The position numbers and the translations under genes were made by a program. Shown here piece by piece: positions 16,476 through 24,470 of a DNA stretch of 24,972 nucleotides. Below the pieces are notes generated by a model. It had not been told where the DNA came from. It ran no database searches and saw only the letters and a program-made list of their open reading frames with translations. Position 1 is the stretch's first letter. Each line of letters begins with the position of its first letter. The DNA is from a virus. Its lineage: Duplodnaviria; Caudoviricetes. The stretch is taken from positions 1 through 24,972 of IMG/VR virus record IMGVR_UViG_3300020044_001989; one strand, 5' to 3'.

Positions 16476-17158
16476 CAGGTCTTCATAATGTAGCAAAGGG
16501 CATAGTACGGTGGCAGGTTAGCGTTGTTACCTGACGAGCCTTCTGTGCTAACAGTAACTGAGTGTGAGTGTGCCCCACCAGAGGTAGTATTGACGTTACC
16601 ACCACCGTTATCTCCGTTAACAAACCGACCACCTCCGTTATTACCGGGACCAGTTACAGAGTTTGTTGGGACAGCATGGGTGTGTGCTGCAGCAGTGTCA
16701 GTTGTAGCAGTGTGGGTGTGGCTTACAACAATGGCATTAGCAGAACCACCAGTAGCAGCTACAGCATAAGAATTACCAGCACCAATAATAAACTTATCCC
16801 GTAGGTCTGGAGTGCTATTAGATCCGTTACAGAGTGTCCATCCAGAAGGTATAGAGCCTACTGAGCCAGACCAGATCATTATCATACCAGCGGGTACTAG
16901 AGCAGCCGTAGCAGCGGCAATAGCAGTGGTTACAAAGGCTGTGGTGGCTATCTGCGTAGTGTTAGTCCCTGGAGATGCAGTAGCAGCCGCTGGAGTACCT
17001 GTAAAGGTAGGACTATTTAGGTCAGCCTTGGACGAAATAGCAGAGGCGATAGCATTATACTCGGTATCAATCTCTGTACCCTTGATGATCTTGGCTGGGT
17101 TGCCAGTGGATAGGCCGTCCTTGACAGCAAAGTTAGTAGCTTTTACATAGTTACTCAT
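16475..17158 (-). CDS. Tail fibre/needle protein with a tail-collar-like domain
   Basis: SPTFTGTP, TQIATTAFV, VPAGMIMIWSG..IPSGWTLCNG..TPDLRDKFIIGAG, HTH/HSH repeats and NLPPYYALCYIMK. Confidence 0.82.
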   Translation of the reverse strand: MSNYVKATNFAVKDGLSTGNPAKIIKGTEIDTEYNAIASAISSKADLNSPTFTGTPAAATASPGTNTTQIATTAFVTTAIAAATAALVPAGMIMIWSGSVGSIPSGWTLCNGSNSTPDLRDKFIIGAGNSYAVAATGGSANAIVVSHTHTATTDTAAAHTHAVPTNSVTGPGNNGGGRFVNGDNGGGNVNTTSGGAHSHSVTVSTEGSSGNNANLPPYYALCYIMKT

Positions 17159-19008
17159 GCTTGTTTTCCTTGTTTAATATATATGTCAATCCGCTGGATA
17201 GAGATGGGGTTACCGTTGATCTCAGCCTCTAGTCCAATCTGCATAACAGAGCCTGTACCACCAGCCTGTATCTTAAACTTGTCTAGTACAATACCGTCTG
17301 AGAACTCAGCAATATTATACTCCCCTATATTATACTCGTAAACTACTGAAGTGTCAAGCTTTTTCGTAAAAGCAAAGTAATTTTCATTATAATCGAAGCC
17401 CCACTTGACAGCCACATTCTGGTTAGAACCACCAATAACCACGAATCCAATCTGCTTCATTATCTTCTCTATGGTGGGCTGCTCAAAGTCAAAGTAGTTG
17501 GTGTAGTAGCTAAACCGATAATCAGTCCCATTATCAGAGTGACCAAAATACTTACCGATATACCCAGGCTTGCCAAGGTATAGCTCTTTAGAGTTAGTAA
17601 CAATAAAGGATTTAGGCTCTATGGCGGTCCAAGTAGTAGCCCTAGCTGCTCCATCCTGCAGAGGAGTCCTCATGTCAAAGCAGTATACTACCTTAGTAGT
17701 GGGTAGGCTAAGGAGGTAGAAAGCATCCCTGTCATAGTAGACAGACTTGATGTTAGCTGCTGTCTCAGAGGCCACGCTAGTCATCAGATCATCCCGTACA
17801 TTCTTGGAGATATCCCGCATGGGCAAGGACTTCTCTTGGATAACCCGCTGGAGACTTCTAACCCCAGAGTCAGACAGGAAGATGATATCCATACCAGTGC
17901 TCTGTACAGAGTCTCTAGCGATACATCCTACATTAGGGATGAAGTCTGCTAAGACCAGTGTTGTAACATCCACAGGGTTAGCATAGACAGCAATGTTATT
18001 ACGACCAAAGATGATCAGGAATCCGTTGTGCGCTGCAATAGCTACTATCTTGTCTGTGTTAGGAAATACAGCGTTTAGGGACAGAGAGCCAGAGTCTCCA
18101 CCTTGGAAGTCTGATCCGTCCAGTAAGCGACTGAAGTAGACTGTCTGTGGGTCTCCTGCTATGTCTGCTACCCAGATACGTCCATAAGCCGCTAAAGCGC
18201 AGTTAGGAGAGAAGTCACCAACAGAATATCCCAAAGGCATTGTCCCGATGTCACCGAGCCTCTGGAAGCCGTATGAGCCAGTGTGAGAGTGTGGGTTAAC
18301 TATGGTTGTCACTGTGCTTGTCAGGGCATCAGAGACTGAATAGCCAGCACCAGCAGTAGTAATCGTTACAGTAGCCACACCTGTGCCAGACAAGGTAGCC
18401 ACAGTAACTTTAGCAGCAGTGGTCCCACCAGATAGGGTTAGGATGTCTCCTACATTGTAGCCTGAGCCAGCAGCAGTTACTGTCAGGGCAGTGATAGCAC
18501 CGCTAGAGACAGTAGAGACTGTGAAGGTAGCGCCAGTACCTGGAGTAGGTAGTCTATGGTAGGCCAGCATAGGATGACCAGTCTGGACCAGATAGGCATG
18601 AGGCTCTGCATCAACCCCATCACCGTAGGGCATAGCAGCCCCTTGCCAGTTGTTACCAGTAATCGTATATGTTAGGTCTGCGCTGTTAGCCTGATTGCGT
18701 ACAGTCCTAGTAGTCATAGTCGTAGTACCAGTAAACAGTCTATTATTACCAGCACTAAGGAACTGACTAGATCCATTGTCAGTTAACTCAAACATAAACT
18801 CTACTGGGTTAGCAGCGCCTAAGTCTGCATTTACTGCTGAGTTTACAGGTGTCCAGCCACGTCTAGCACCAATACGACCATAGCGGTCAATGACGCAGTT
18901 GTTAGCCTCTAGCGCAAAGCCAGAAGACAACGACACTGCAGACTCTTGGATGTTTAGTCCAAAGAACCCCGGTGCTGCAATACTAGCGGTCTGTGATGGA
19001 GATGCCAT
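17155..19008 (-). CDS. Tail nozzle / tubular protein B (P22 gp10 / T7 gp12-like), 617 aa
   Basis: APGFFGLN, ANNCVIDRYGRIGARRGW, VGCIARDSVQ..G.DIIFLSDSGVRSL; beta-rich; follows the adaptor gene. Confidence 0.78.
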   Translation of the reverse strand: MASPSQTASIAAPGFFGLNIQESAVSLSSGFALEANNCVIDRYGRIGARRGWTPVNSAVNADLGAANPVEFMFELTDNGSSQFLSAGNNRLFTGTTTMTTRTVRNQANSADLTYTITGNNWQGAAMPYGDGVDAEPHAYLVQTGHPMLAYHRLPTPGTGATFTVSTVSSGAITALTVTAAGSGYNVGDILTLSGGTTAAKVTVATLSGTGVATVTITTAGAGYSVSDALTSTVTTIVNPHSHTGSYGFQRLGDIGTMPLGYSVGDFSPNCALAAYGRIWVADIAGDPQTVYFSRLLDGSDFQGGDSGSLSLNAVFPNTDKIVAIAAHNGFLIIFGRNNIAVYANPVDVTTLVLADFIPNVGCIARDSVQSTGMDIIFLSDSGVRSLQRVIQEKSLPMRDISKNVRDDLMTSVASETAANIKSVYYDRDAFYLLSLPTTKVVYCFDMRTPLQDGAARATTWTAIEPKSFIVTNSKELYLGKPGYIGKYFGHSDNGTDYRFSYYTNYFDFEQPTIEKIMKQIGFVVIGGSNQNVAVKWGFDYNENYFAFTKKLDTSVVYEYNIGEYNIAEFSDGIVLDKFKIQAGGTGSVMQIGLEAEINGNPISIQRIDIYIKQGKQA

Positions 19009-19664
19009 TAAGTAGGTGTCCAGGTAAATTCATCAGGATACTTGTTGCCTTCAACAGACACATGGTCTGCCAAGGATGTCTGATACAGGCCATAAGCTTC
19101 AGAGCTACTAAGTCCACCATCTTCACCCCGCTCTGCCAGTGCCTTAGCATAGGCCAAGAAGATGACAGGCTCATCAGGAACCTTGATCTGGTCAGAGTTA
19201 AGAGCTAGTGGTGCTTGTGGCTTAATCACGTTAAAGTTAATGATGTAGTTAGCATCAGGAATAGGATACAAGTCTACCTGTGTGTCACCGTTAGAGTCTA
19301 CACCGTTGAAGTTGTAGTAGCGTGGTGATCCATACTCAGGCGTATTGACAAGAAACCAAGCATCCATCTCTTGCGTTGCAGCATTGTTTAGGAACCAGTT
19401 GCTAGAGTCATTTAGAACATCAAAGACCCTAAATCGAATGCCAGCATTAGTGAGGACATAGTTAAAGAGGTTAGCAGTAGTAGACACAGTAATAGTTTCA
19501 GACAGAGCATTCCAATTGTATGCATCCTCTACCTGCCTTTTAGCGTCATTAACAAACTTGCTAATTAGTTTGGAGTAAGAAGTATCATTGACGGAAGTAA
19601 CCTCGTTCTCACGAAGTCTAACCAACACATCATTGACAAGTTCTAGATAAGTTTTGTTAGCCAT
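19008..19664 (-). CDS. Head-tail adaptor / tail tubular protein A (T7 gp11 / P22 gp4-like)
   Basis: TYLELVNDVLVRLRE, FVNDAKRQVEDAYNW and LYPIPD motifs; size and position fit. Confidence 0.78.
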   Translation of the reverse strand: MANKTYLELVNDVLVRLRENEVTSVNDTSYSKLISKFVNDAKRQVEDAYNWNALSETITVSTTANLFNYVLTNAGIRFRVFDVLNDSSNWFLNNAATQEMDAWFLVNTPEYGSPRYYNFNGVDSNGDTQVDLYPIPDANYIINFNVIKPQAPLALNSDQIKVPDEPVIFLAYAKALAERGEDGGLSSSEAYGLYQTSLADHVSVEGNKYPDEFTWTPT

Positions 19665-19910
19665 TTAACAGTCCCATTTCCTTAATGCTAGTGCTTTCCT
19701 TGTTGGTCTGCCCTTCTCATCCTTCATAGGTCCTGGTACACCACTCATCCTAGCACAGAAAGACTTCCTCCTAGCAGCCTTCTTAGGAGACTTAGCAGCC
19801 TCTTTAGAGGACACAGGAGGCTTCAGGTTAGCGCCTTCCTTAGCTTTAAAGTATGCCCTGCCTTTGGCGTTTAAACCACCTTCTGGGTTCTGATATACTT
19901 TCTTTACCAT
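19665..19910 (-). CDS. Small basic phage protein, 81 aa (DUF6321-like)
   Basis: GGLNAKGRA, LKPPV, RRKSFCARM and ALRKWDC motifs recalled from uncharacterised phage proteins; Lys/Arg-rich. Confidence 0.75.
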   Translation of the reverse strand: MVKKVYQNPEGGLNAKGRAYFKAKEGANLKPPVSSKEAAKSPKKAARRKSFCARMSGVPGPMKDEKGRPTRKALALRKWDC

Positions 19911-20056
19911 TATTTTTTCTTCGCAGTCTTCTTAGCTTGTTTGAATGCCTTAGCTGTGGGAGCGCCTTTGGAGCCGACCTTACGCATCTTCTCACCAGAT
20001 CCCTCGGCTATCCGCTTACGCTTGGCCCAGATGTTAGAGTAGAGTCCTTGTTTCAT
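19910..20056 (-). CDS. Small basic protein, 48 aa (not in the ORF track)
   Basis: MKQGLYSNIWAKRKRIAEGSGEKMRKVGSKGAPTAKAFKQAKKTAKKK*. ATGA and TAATG coupling on both sides. Confidence 0.8.
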   Translation of the reverse strand: MKQGLYSNIWAKRKRIAEGSGEKMRKVGSKGAPTAKAFKQAKKTAKKK

Positions 20057-20220
20057 TTCTTGGCTTTCTTCTTCTTAGCCAATCCCGCCATTGATAGACC
20101 AACAGCTACTGCCTGTTTCTGAGGCATACCTTCTTTACGCAGCTTGCTGATCTTAGCCGATGCTGCTGCTTGTTTGCCCTTCTTAGTGTAAGGGTATTTC
20201 TTTCCGTCTACCATTGGCAT
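20053..20220 (-). CDS. Small basic protein, 55 aa (not in the ORF track)
   Basis: AAGGAG RBS. MPMVDGKKYPYTKKGKQAAASAKISKLRKEGMPQKQAVAVGLSMAGLAKKKKAKK*. Confidence 0.8.
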   Translation of the reverse strand: MPMVDGKKYPYTKKGKQAAASAKISKLRKEGMPQKQAVAVGLSMAGLAKKKKAKK

Positions 20221-20230
20221 ACTATTCTCC

Positions 20231-20578
20231 TTAATATTGGAATTGAACTGTCATCTCAGGCATAAACTCTACAGTTGCTATATAAGTTACTGTTTGAGTT
20301 CCTGAGTTTTGTACTCGAATCTCATCACCAGCTTGTAAGACTACCTCTGCCTCTCCATCTAATCTAATAAACTCACCAGCGCCTAAGTTCTTACCGCCAA
20401 CAATAAAGTATTCAGTGTTAGTAGAAGAGTCGTACCAGTAGACCTTTGGAGTATCGTTACCAGTAAGACTGATAATGTACATTAACTGCCAAAGACCAGT
20501 ATTCTTAGTAGGAACTGTAAGAATAGTTTCCTTAGTGGTAGTGCTCTTAGTTAAAACTGCTGATACTTTTCTGCTCAT
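20231..20578 (-). CDS. Hypothetical beta-rich protein, probably virion-associated
   Basis: 115 aa ORF within the tightly packed structural operon; VLQAGDEIRV motif. Confidence 0.7.
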   Translation of the reverse strand: MSRKVSAVLTKSTTTKETILTVPTKNTGLWQLMYIISLTGNDTPKVYWYDSSTNTEYFIVGGKNLGAGEFIRLDGEAEVVLQAGDEIRVQNSGTQTVTYIATVEFMPEMTVQFQY

Positions 20579-20579
20579 A

Positions 20580-20747
20580 TTAACCTACTTTAAGAACTAA
20601 GCTGAGTAATAGAACTACGATGAAACCAGTAGTGCCAAGCAGGATTTGTTCTAGTCTCTTTAGCCTAGCGTTGATGCCTGCATAGCGTTCAGCACATACA
20701 GCTTCATGGGTGTCAAGTTGTCCTTTAACTTGGTCTACTGTTGACAT
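20580..20747 (-). CDS. Small membrane protein, 55 aa (coiled coil plus C-terminal TM; not in the ORF track)
   Basis: MSTVDQVKGQLDTHEAVCAERYAGINARLKRLEQILLGTTGFIVVLLLSLVLKVG*. TAATG coupling to the upstream gene. Confidence 0.75.
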   Translation of the reverse strand: MSTVDQVKGQLDTHEAVCAERYAGINARLKRLEQILLGTTGFIVVLLLSLVLKVG

Positions 20748-21268
20748 TATTCACCCCAAGACTGGTTGCTAACCACCGCAATTAAAGCTTCTACATCTGT
20801 ACAGGCAGCGATAGCAGCTTCTAGTCTGTCACACTCAGCAACGATAGCGGCTCTCTTCGTAGCCACTGCAGCAGGCACATCGATGTTTCTCTCAGCCTTC
20901 CTGACAATCATCCAGTCAGTCTGGGCAAGCATAGAGCCAGCAGTCTGCTTAACCTGTGCAGTCCATTGGCTCTTGAGTCCTTTGGTTACCAGACGCTCTG
21001 TCGAGTCCACCATCGCAGGTTGACCATCGACCACGCCCAAGACCTTGACATACATCGGGTTGCCATCTTGGTCTACTTCCTCACGGTCATTTAAGAGTTT
21101 GGGATTGTCTACGCCCCAGTAGAATCTCTGGTCATAATACTCTGGGTCTGCTACCTCTACCACGCCTAACTGCTCACGCAGGGCAGGGTCACGCAGGTGT
21201 GGATATCGGATGCCACCGATGACTTGTTCAGAGTCGATTGAGATTGGATTACCGTTTAGTTGAAACAT
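20747..21268 (-). CDS. Putative tail fibre assembly chaperone-like protein
   Basis: AGSMLAQTDWMIVRKAE...R motif typical of fibre-associated chaperones; directly downstream of the lectin-like tail gene. Confidence 0.6.
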   Translation of the reverse strand: MFQLNGNPISIDSEQVIGGIRYPHLRDPALREQLGVVEVADPEYYDQRFYWGVDNPKLLNDREEVDQDGNPMYVKVLGVVDGQPAMVDSTERLVTKGLKSQWTAQVKQTAGSMLAQTDWMIVRKAERNIDVPAAVATKRAAIVAECDRLEAAIAACTDVEALIAVVSNQSWGE

Positions 21269-21270
21269 AA

Positions 21271-23694
21271 TTACCTCGCAAGAGAATACTTAAAGGGATG
21301 TTCGGCGAAGGCGGCGTAGATATATGAATAACTACTTAGATTTTGATTACCTGACCGAAGTTTAAACCCGTTAGACAACAAATCAATATGGGTTGTTGCG
21401 GCATTTTCAACATTAGTCAGGTTAGGAAATAGAACATAGTTGCTTGAGTTATATCCAATACGGGACTTGTCATATATTGCCCAGTTTTCCCCTGAACCAA
21501 TATATGCTTTTAACATTACAAACGCTGGCTTAAACCCCGTGTATATAAATGGGCCATCACCAGTTGTAGTTCCATTGCCTGCGTAACTTCCAAAGGCAGA
21601 GTACCCCGGTACTGCGGCAAAGCAATAAGCAACCGAAGTGTAAACTGAATAGTTTGTTGAACCAGCACTTCCAGCACCAGCGCCCATTGTAATTACGGTT
21701 GATGATGGAGCAGTATTATTCCAAGGGTCTATTAGTGCGGCATAGGGCGCTGATGTGTTTAAGTTAAGATACCCATTTTGAGGGGTTGCGTTCATAGATT
21801 TGTGATACACAACCCAGTTAGCCGCAAGTCCTCGGTATTTCATAATTATCATATCTGGAGTAGTTGCTACTCCACCTACCTGACAACCATGACCAACTGT
21901 TGCACCTGCGGTATTGTTTGTAGTAAAGGTAACAATTGAAAACCCGCTAGTAGTGTTTGCTCTTACTGTGCTGGCTATCGATGGTACATTTGCTGGTGAA
22001 GTAGCATACTGCCCAACAGAGATTGTTTGATTAGAGCCGCCAGCGTTCCAGTTCCATCCGACAAAGTTAGACCCCGGATAATTTACATCTGCCATGTAAT
22101 ATGTAGGGTCAGTTCCTCCTGTGAGGGTAAATCCGTTTGAAGTAAACGCTGATACATACCCGTATTCTGAAGCCCCACTACCGCCCTCTACCGCAGTAAG
22201 ATTGCTTGATAATTCGCTATTATTGCCAGCCCCTCTAACTGCGTCATATAAATAATTATTGTGAGCAACCGTTCTATCTTTTAACCAAACAAAGTCTGGC
22301 TGAAAATCAAGACCGCTAATTGTTCGTGGCGTAACATTATTACCAGACCATGTCACCACATTCATGTAATCATTCGCCTGTGTCGTGCTAGTCGCACCTA
22401 TGGTAGGCGTAGGCAGATTCTGTGTGCAGAGTGCTTTGAAGCCAGAGGGGGCGGTGTAGGCAAATGGTCTTTGACCGAAGTTCATCTGCCATGCGCCAGT
22501 TGAGTCTAAACTATCAACGACTACCCGTGAGCCAACAGAATCAGTCCCAGTCCATGTGTAATTACCTGTTCCTTGTAAAGTTCCATTTTTATAAAATGAC
22601 ACGGTGCGTGCATCTGCATCAAACGCAACGCCAATCACATCTCCATTTGTATAAGTAGCAAATGTAGGATTTCCAGACAAACCCGCTGTTCCACCACCAC
22701 GCCTATAAATCCCATAGGTTGTTGATGCGTTAGCGTCATTTGCTATACCAATACTTCCAGATGAGCCACTTGTAACAGTTGTTGTTCCTTCAAAATACCA
22801 TTTACCTGTTGTTACTCGAAATGTAGAAGAAGCAGCCCTAGACGTTCCTGTTGATGGTTGTGTAGCAATCAAATTACCATCAGATAAAGTAAGTTGAGTT
22901 GCTGAAACATCCAGCGGATTCAGCGTAGCGTAATTCCCACGCACCTCACCACCAACACCAGTATCGGTTCCGTAGGCCGTGGGCGAATCCACCATGCTGT
23001 CATTGCCAGCACCAGCGGTTACAGAGAATCCGTTAGGTGTCCAGTTGTTACCGTTGCCTGAACTGTCCTTGCCAAGGGTCGTAGCAGTGGTGTTGGAGTT
23101 GTCTGCAAACTTGAGGTAGAACCCGTTATTGCCGTATGTGCCAGAGTAGGCTTTAGGCTCCCATACTCCAGTATTTCCGTTGTATTGACCAAAGTCACTA
23201 GAAGTTTTAGCGGAACCGTCAATAAAGTAAACTTCAGCTAGATACCCACCAACATAAAAACGTGTTCCTGTTGGATCTCTACCTATATTATGAACCACCG
23301 CAGAATTGATGTTTGTAACTGTTCCCGTGTAGGATAGGTATTCTACGTTGTTTACATATCCCTTAATTGTAGTTCCATTGCTTATAAATACGACATGATA
23401 CCAAGCACTAGGATCTCTAAAAACAGCGGTGGATGTAGCAAGAGTAGTACCAGCGTTATTCCACAAACGAAGTTCATCTGTGGCTGTAAAGCCAAAACCA
23501 CAGTCAGAACTTAAACCTAAAAGAAAACTTGTTGTTGCTAGTGTAGAACGCTTTAACCAGCAACTCCATGACCAAGTTGTGTTCGCTGTTGGCGTTGTAA
23601 AAGTCCTGTTCAGATAAGCAGCGCCATCAAACCTAAGTGAGCGTTCAATGTTGTAGCCAGTGACTGGGCCAATGCCCGTAGGTAGAACAGCCAT
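21271..23694 (-). CDS. Tail fibre / receptor-binding protein with LamG (ConA-like) and SPRY-like domains, 807 aa
   Basis: SLRF, TWSWSCWLKR, FRDPSAWYHVV (LamG-like); GKWYFE and GDVIGVAFDAD (SPRY-like); FQPDFVWLKDR, YTGFKPAFVMLK, IDLLSNGFKLR and YAAFAEHPF. Confidence 0.82.
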   Translation of the reverse strand: MAVLPTGIGPVTGYNIERSLRFDGAAYLNRTFTTPTANTTWSWSCWLKRSTLATTSFLLGLSSDCGFGFTATDELRLWNNAGTTLATSTAVFRDPSAWYHVVFISNGTTIKGYVNNVEYLSYTGTVTNINSAVVHNIGRDPTGTRFYVGGYLAEVYFIDGSAKTSSDFGQYNGNTGVWEPKAYSGTYGNNGFYLKFADNSNTTATTLGKDSSGNGNNWTPNGFSVTAGAGNDSMVDSPTAYGTDTGVGGEVRGNYATLNPLDVSATQLTLSDGNLIATQPSTGTSRAASSTFRVTTGKWYFEGTTTVTSGSSGSIGIANDANASTTYGIYRRGGGTAGLSGNPTFATYTNGDVIGVAFDADARTVSFYKNGTLQGTGNYTWTGTDSVGSRVVVDSLDSTGAWQMNFGQRPFAYTAPSGFKALCTQNLPTPTIGATSTTQANDYMNVVTWSGNNVTPRTISGLDFQPDFVWLKDRTVAHNNYLYDAVRGAGNNSELSSNLTAVEGGSGASEYGYVSAFTSNGFTLTGGTDPTYYMADVNYPGSNFVGWNWNAGGSNQTISVGQYATSPANVPSIASTVRANTTSGFSIVTFTTNNTAGATVGHGCQVGGVATTPDMIIMKYRGLAANWVVYHKSMNATPQNGYLNLNTSAPYAALIDPWNNTAPSSTVITMGAGAGSAGSTNYSVYTSVAYCFAAVPGYSAFGSYAGNGTTTGDGPFIYTGFKPAFVMLKAYIGSGENWAIYDKSRIGYNSSNYVLFPNLTNVENAATTHIDLLSNGFKLRSGNQNLSSYSYIYAAFAEHPFKYSLAR

Positions 23695-24125
23695 TAAGCT
23701 AGTGCTCCAGAGTTAACTACAAACACGTTAGTACCGTCAGAGAAGTAACTAAGCAGGTATGTACCAGTAGCTGACATAGCAGCCAAAGCACCAGTGGCTA
23801 CCTTGGTGTTAGCATGGGCAGATACTGTGTAGTTAGATCCGTTGACTAGCAAGATAAACCCAGACTGACCAGCAGTGATGTTAGTAAAGGTCAGGGTAAA
23901 ACTACCTGTGGGTGTACACTTAAAGTTGTTAGTCACATTCATGTCGAATGAACCATCATTGTCCGTAGTGACTGTGCCACGCTGTGAGGCTGAGAAGGTC
24001 TGTACAGCGTCTGAGGCAGCTACTGTGAAGGTAGCATCAGGGACTGTAACAGTACGGTTAGCCGATGGAGAGGCTGAGATCGTAGATGTAAAGCTGGTTG
24101 AACCGCCACTAATTGCAATAGCCAT
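23694..24125 (-). CDS. Hypothetical tail-associated protein, 143 aa
   Basis: Thr/Ser/Gly-rich beta protein; GAGG RBS; TAATG coupling to the tail fibre gene. Confidence 0.7.
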   Translation of the reverse strand: MAIAISGGSTSFTSTISASPSANRTVTVPDATFTVAASDAVQTFSASQRGTVTTDNDGSFDMNVTNNFKCTPTGSFTLTFTNITAGQSGFILLVNGSNYTVSAHANTKVATGALAAMSATGTYLLSYFSDGTNVFVVNSGALA

Positions 24126-24129
24126 TATA

Positions 24130-24470
24130 TTAGTCCTCTATCCAATTTTGTTTATTTTCATCCCATGAGTAAATCTTACCGTCATCTGGGTAGGCAACAG
24201 GGGCATCCCATAAGCAAGTATCCTCATTTAGAGTCCATGAGACATAAGGTTTGGGGGTATGAACGCATCTCGTACAGGGTCATATGTGTAGCCGATACCG
24301 GCGTAGTTTTTGCGCATCGGCCTGCCTTCTGGGTGTTGTCCACCACGGGTGTTGTACGATGTTTGAATCCACTCACCGGGAGAGGAATCTACAAAGGTAT
24401 TAAAGAACCCAGGCTCCGCAACAATCACTTGTGTCACGATGCCATCACAAACTTTTGCAAAGTGGCTCAT
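24130..24470 (-). CDS. Tail-associated protein interrupted by a -1 frameshift at about 24249-24257 (80 aa in frame 0; 113 aa if shifted)
   Basis: Frame 0 reads ...YAGIGYTYDPVRDAFIPP-NLMSHGL*. The -1 frame continues (K)PYVSWTLNEDTCLWDAPVAYPDDGKIYSWDENKQNWIED* and ends 4 nt before the next ATG. Confidence 0.75.
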
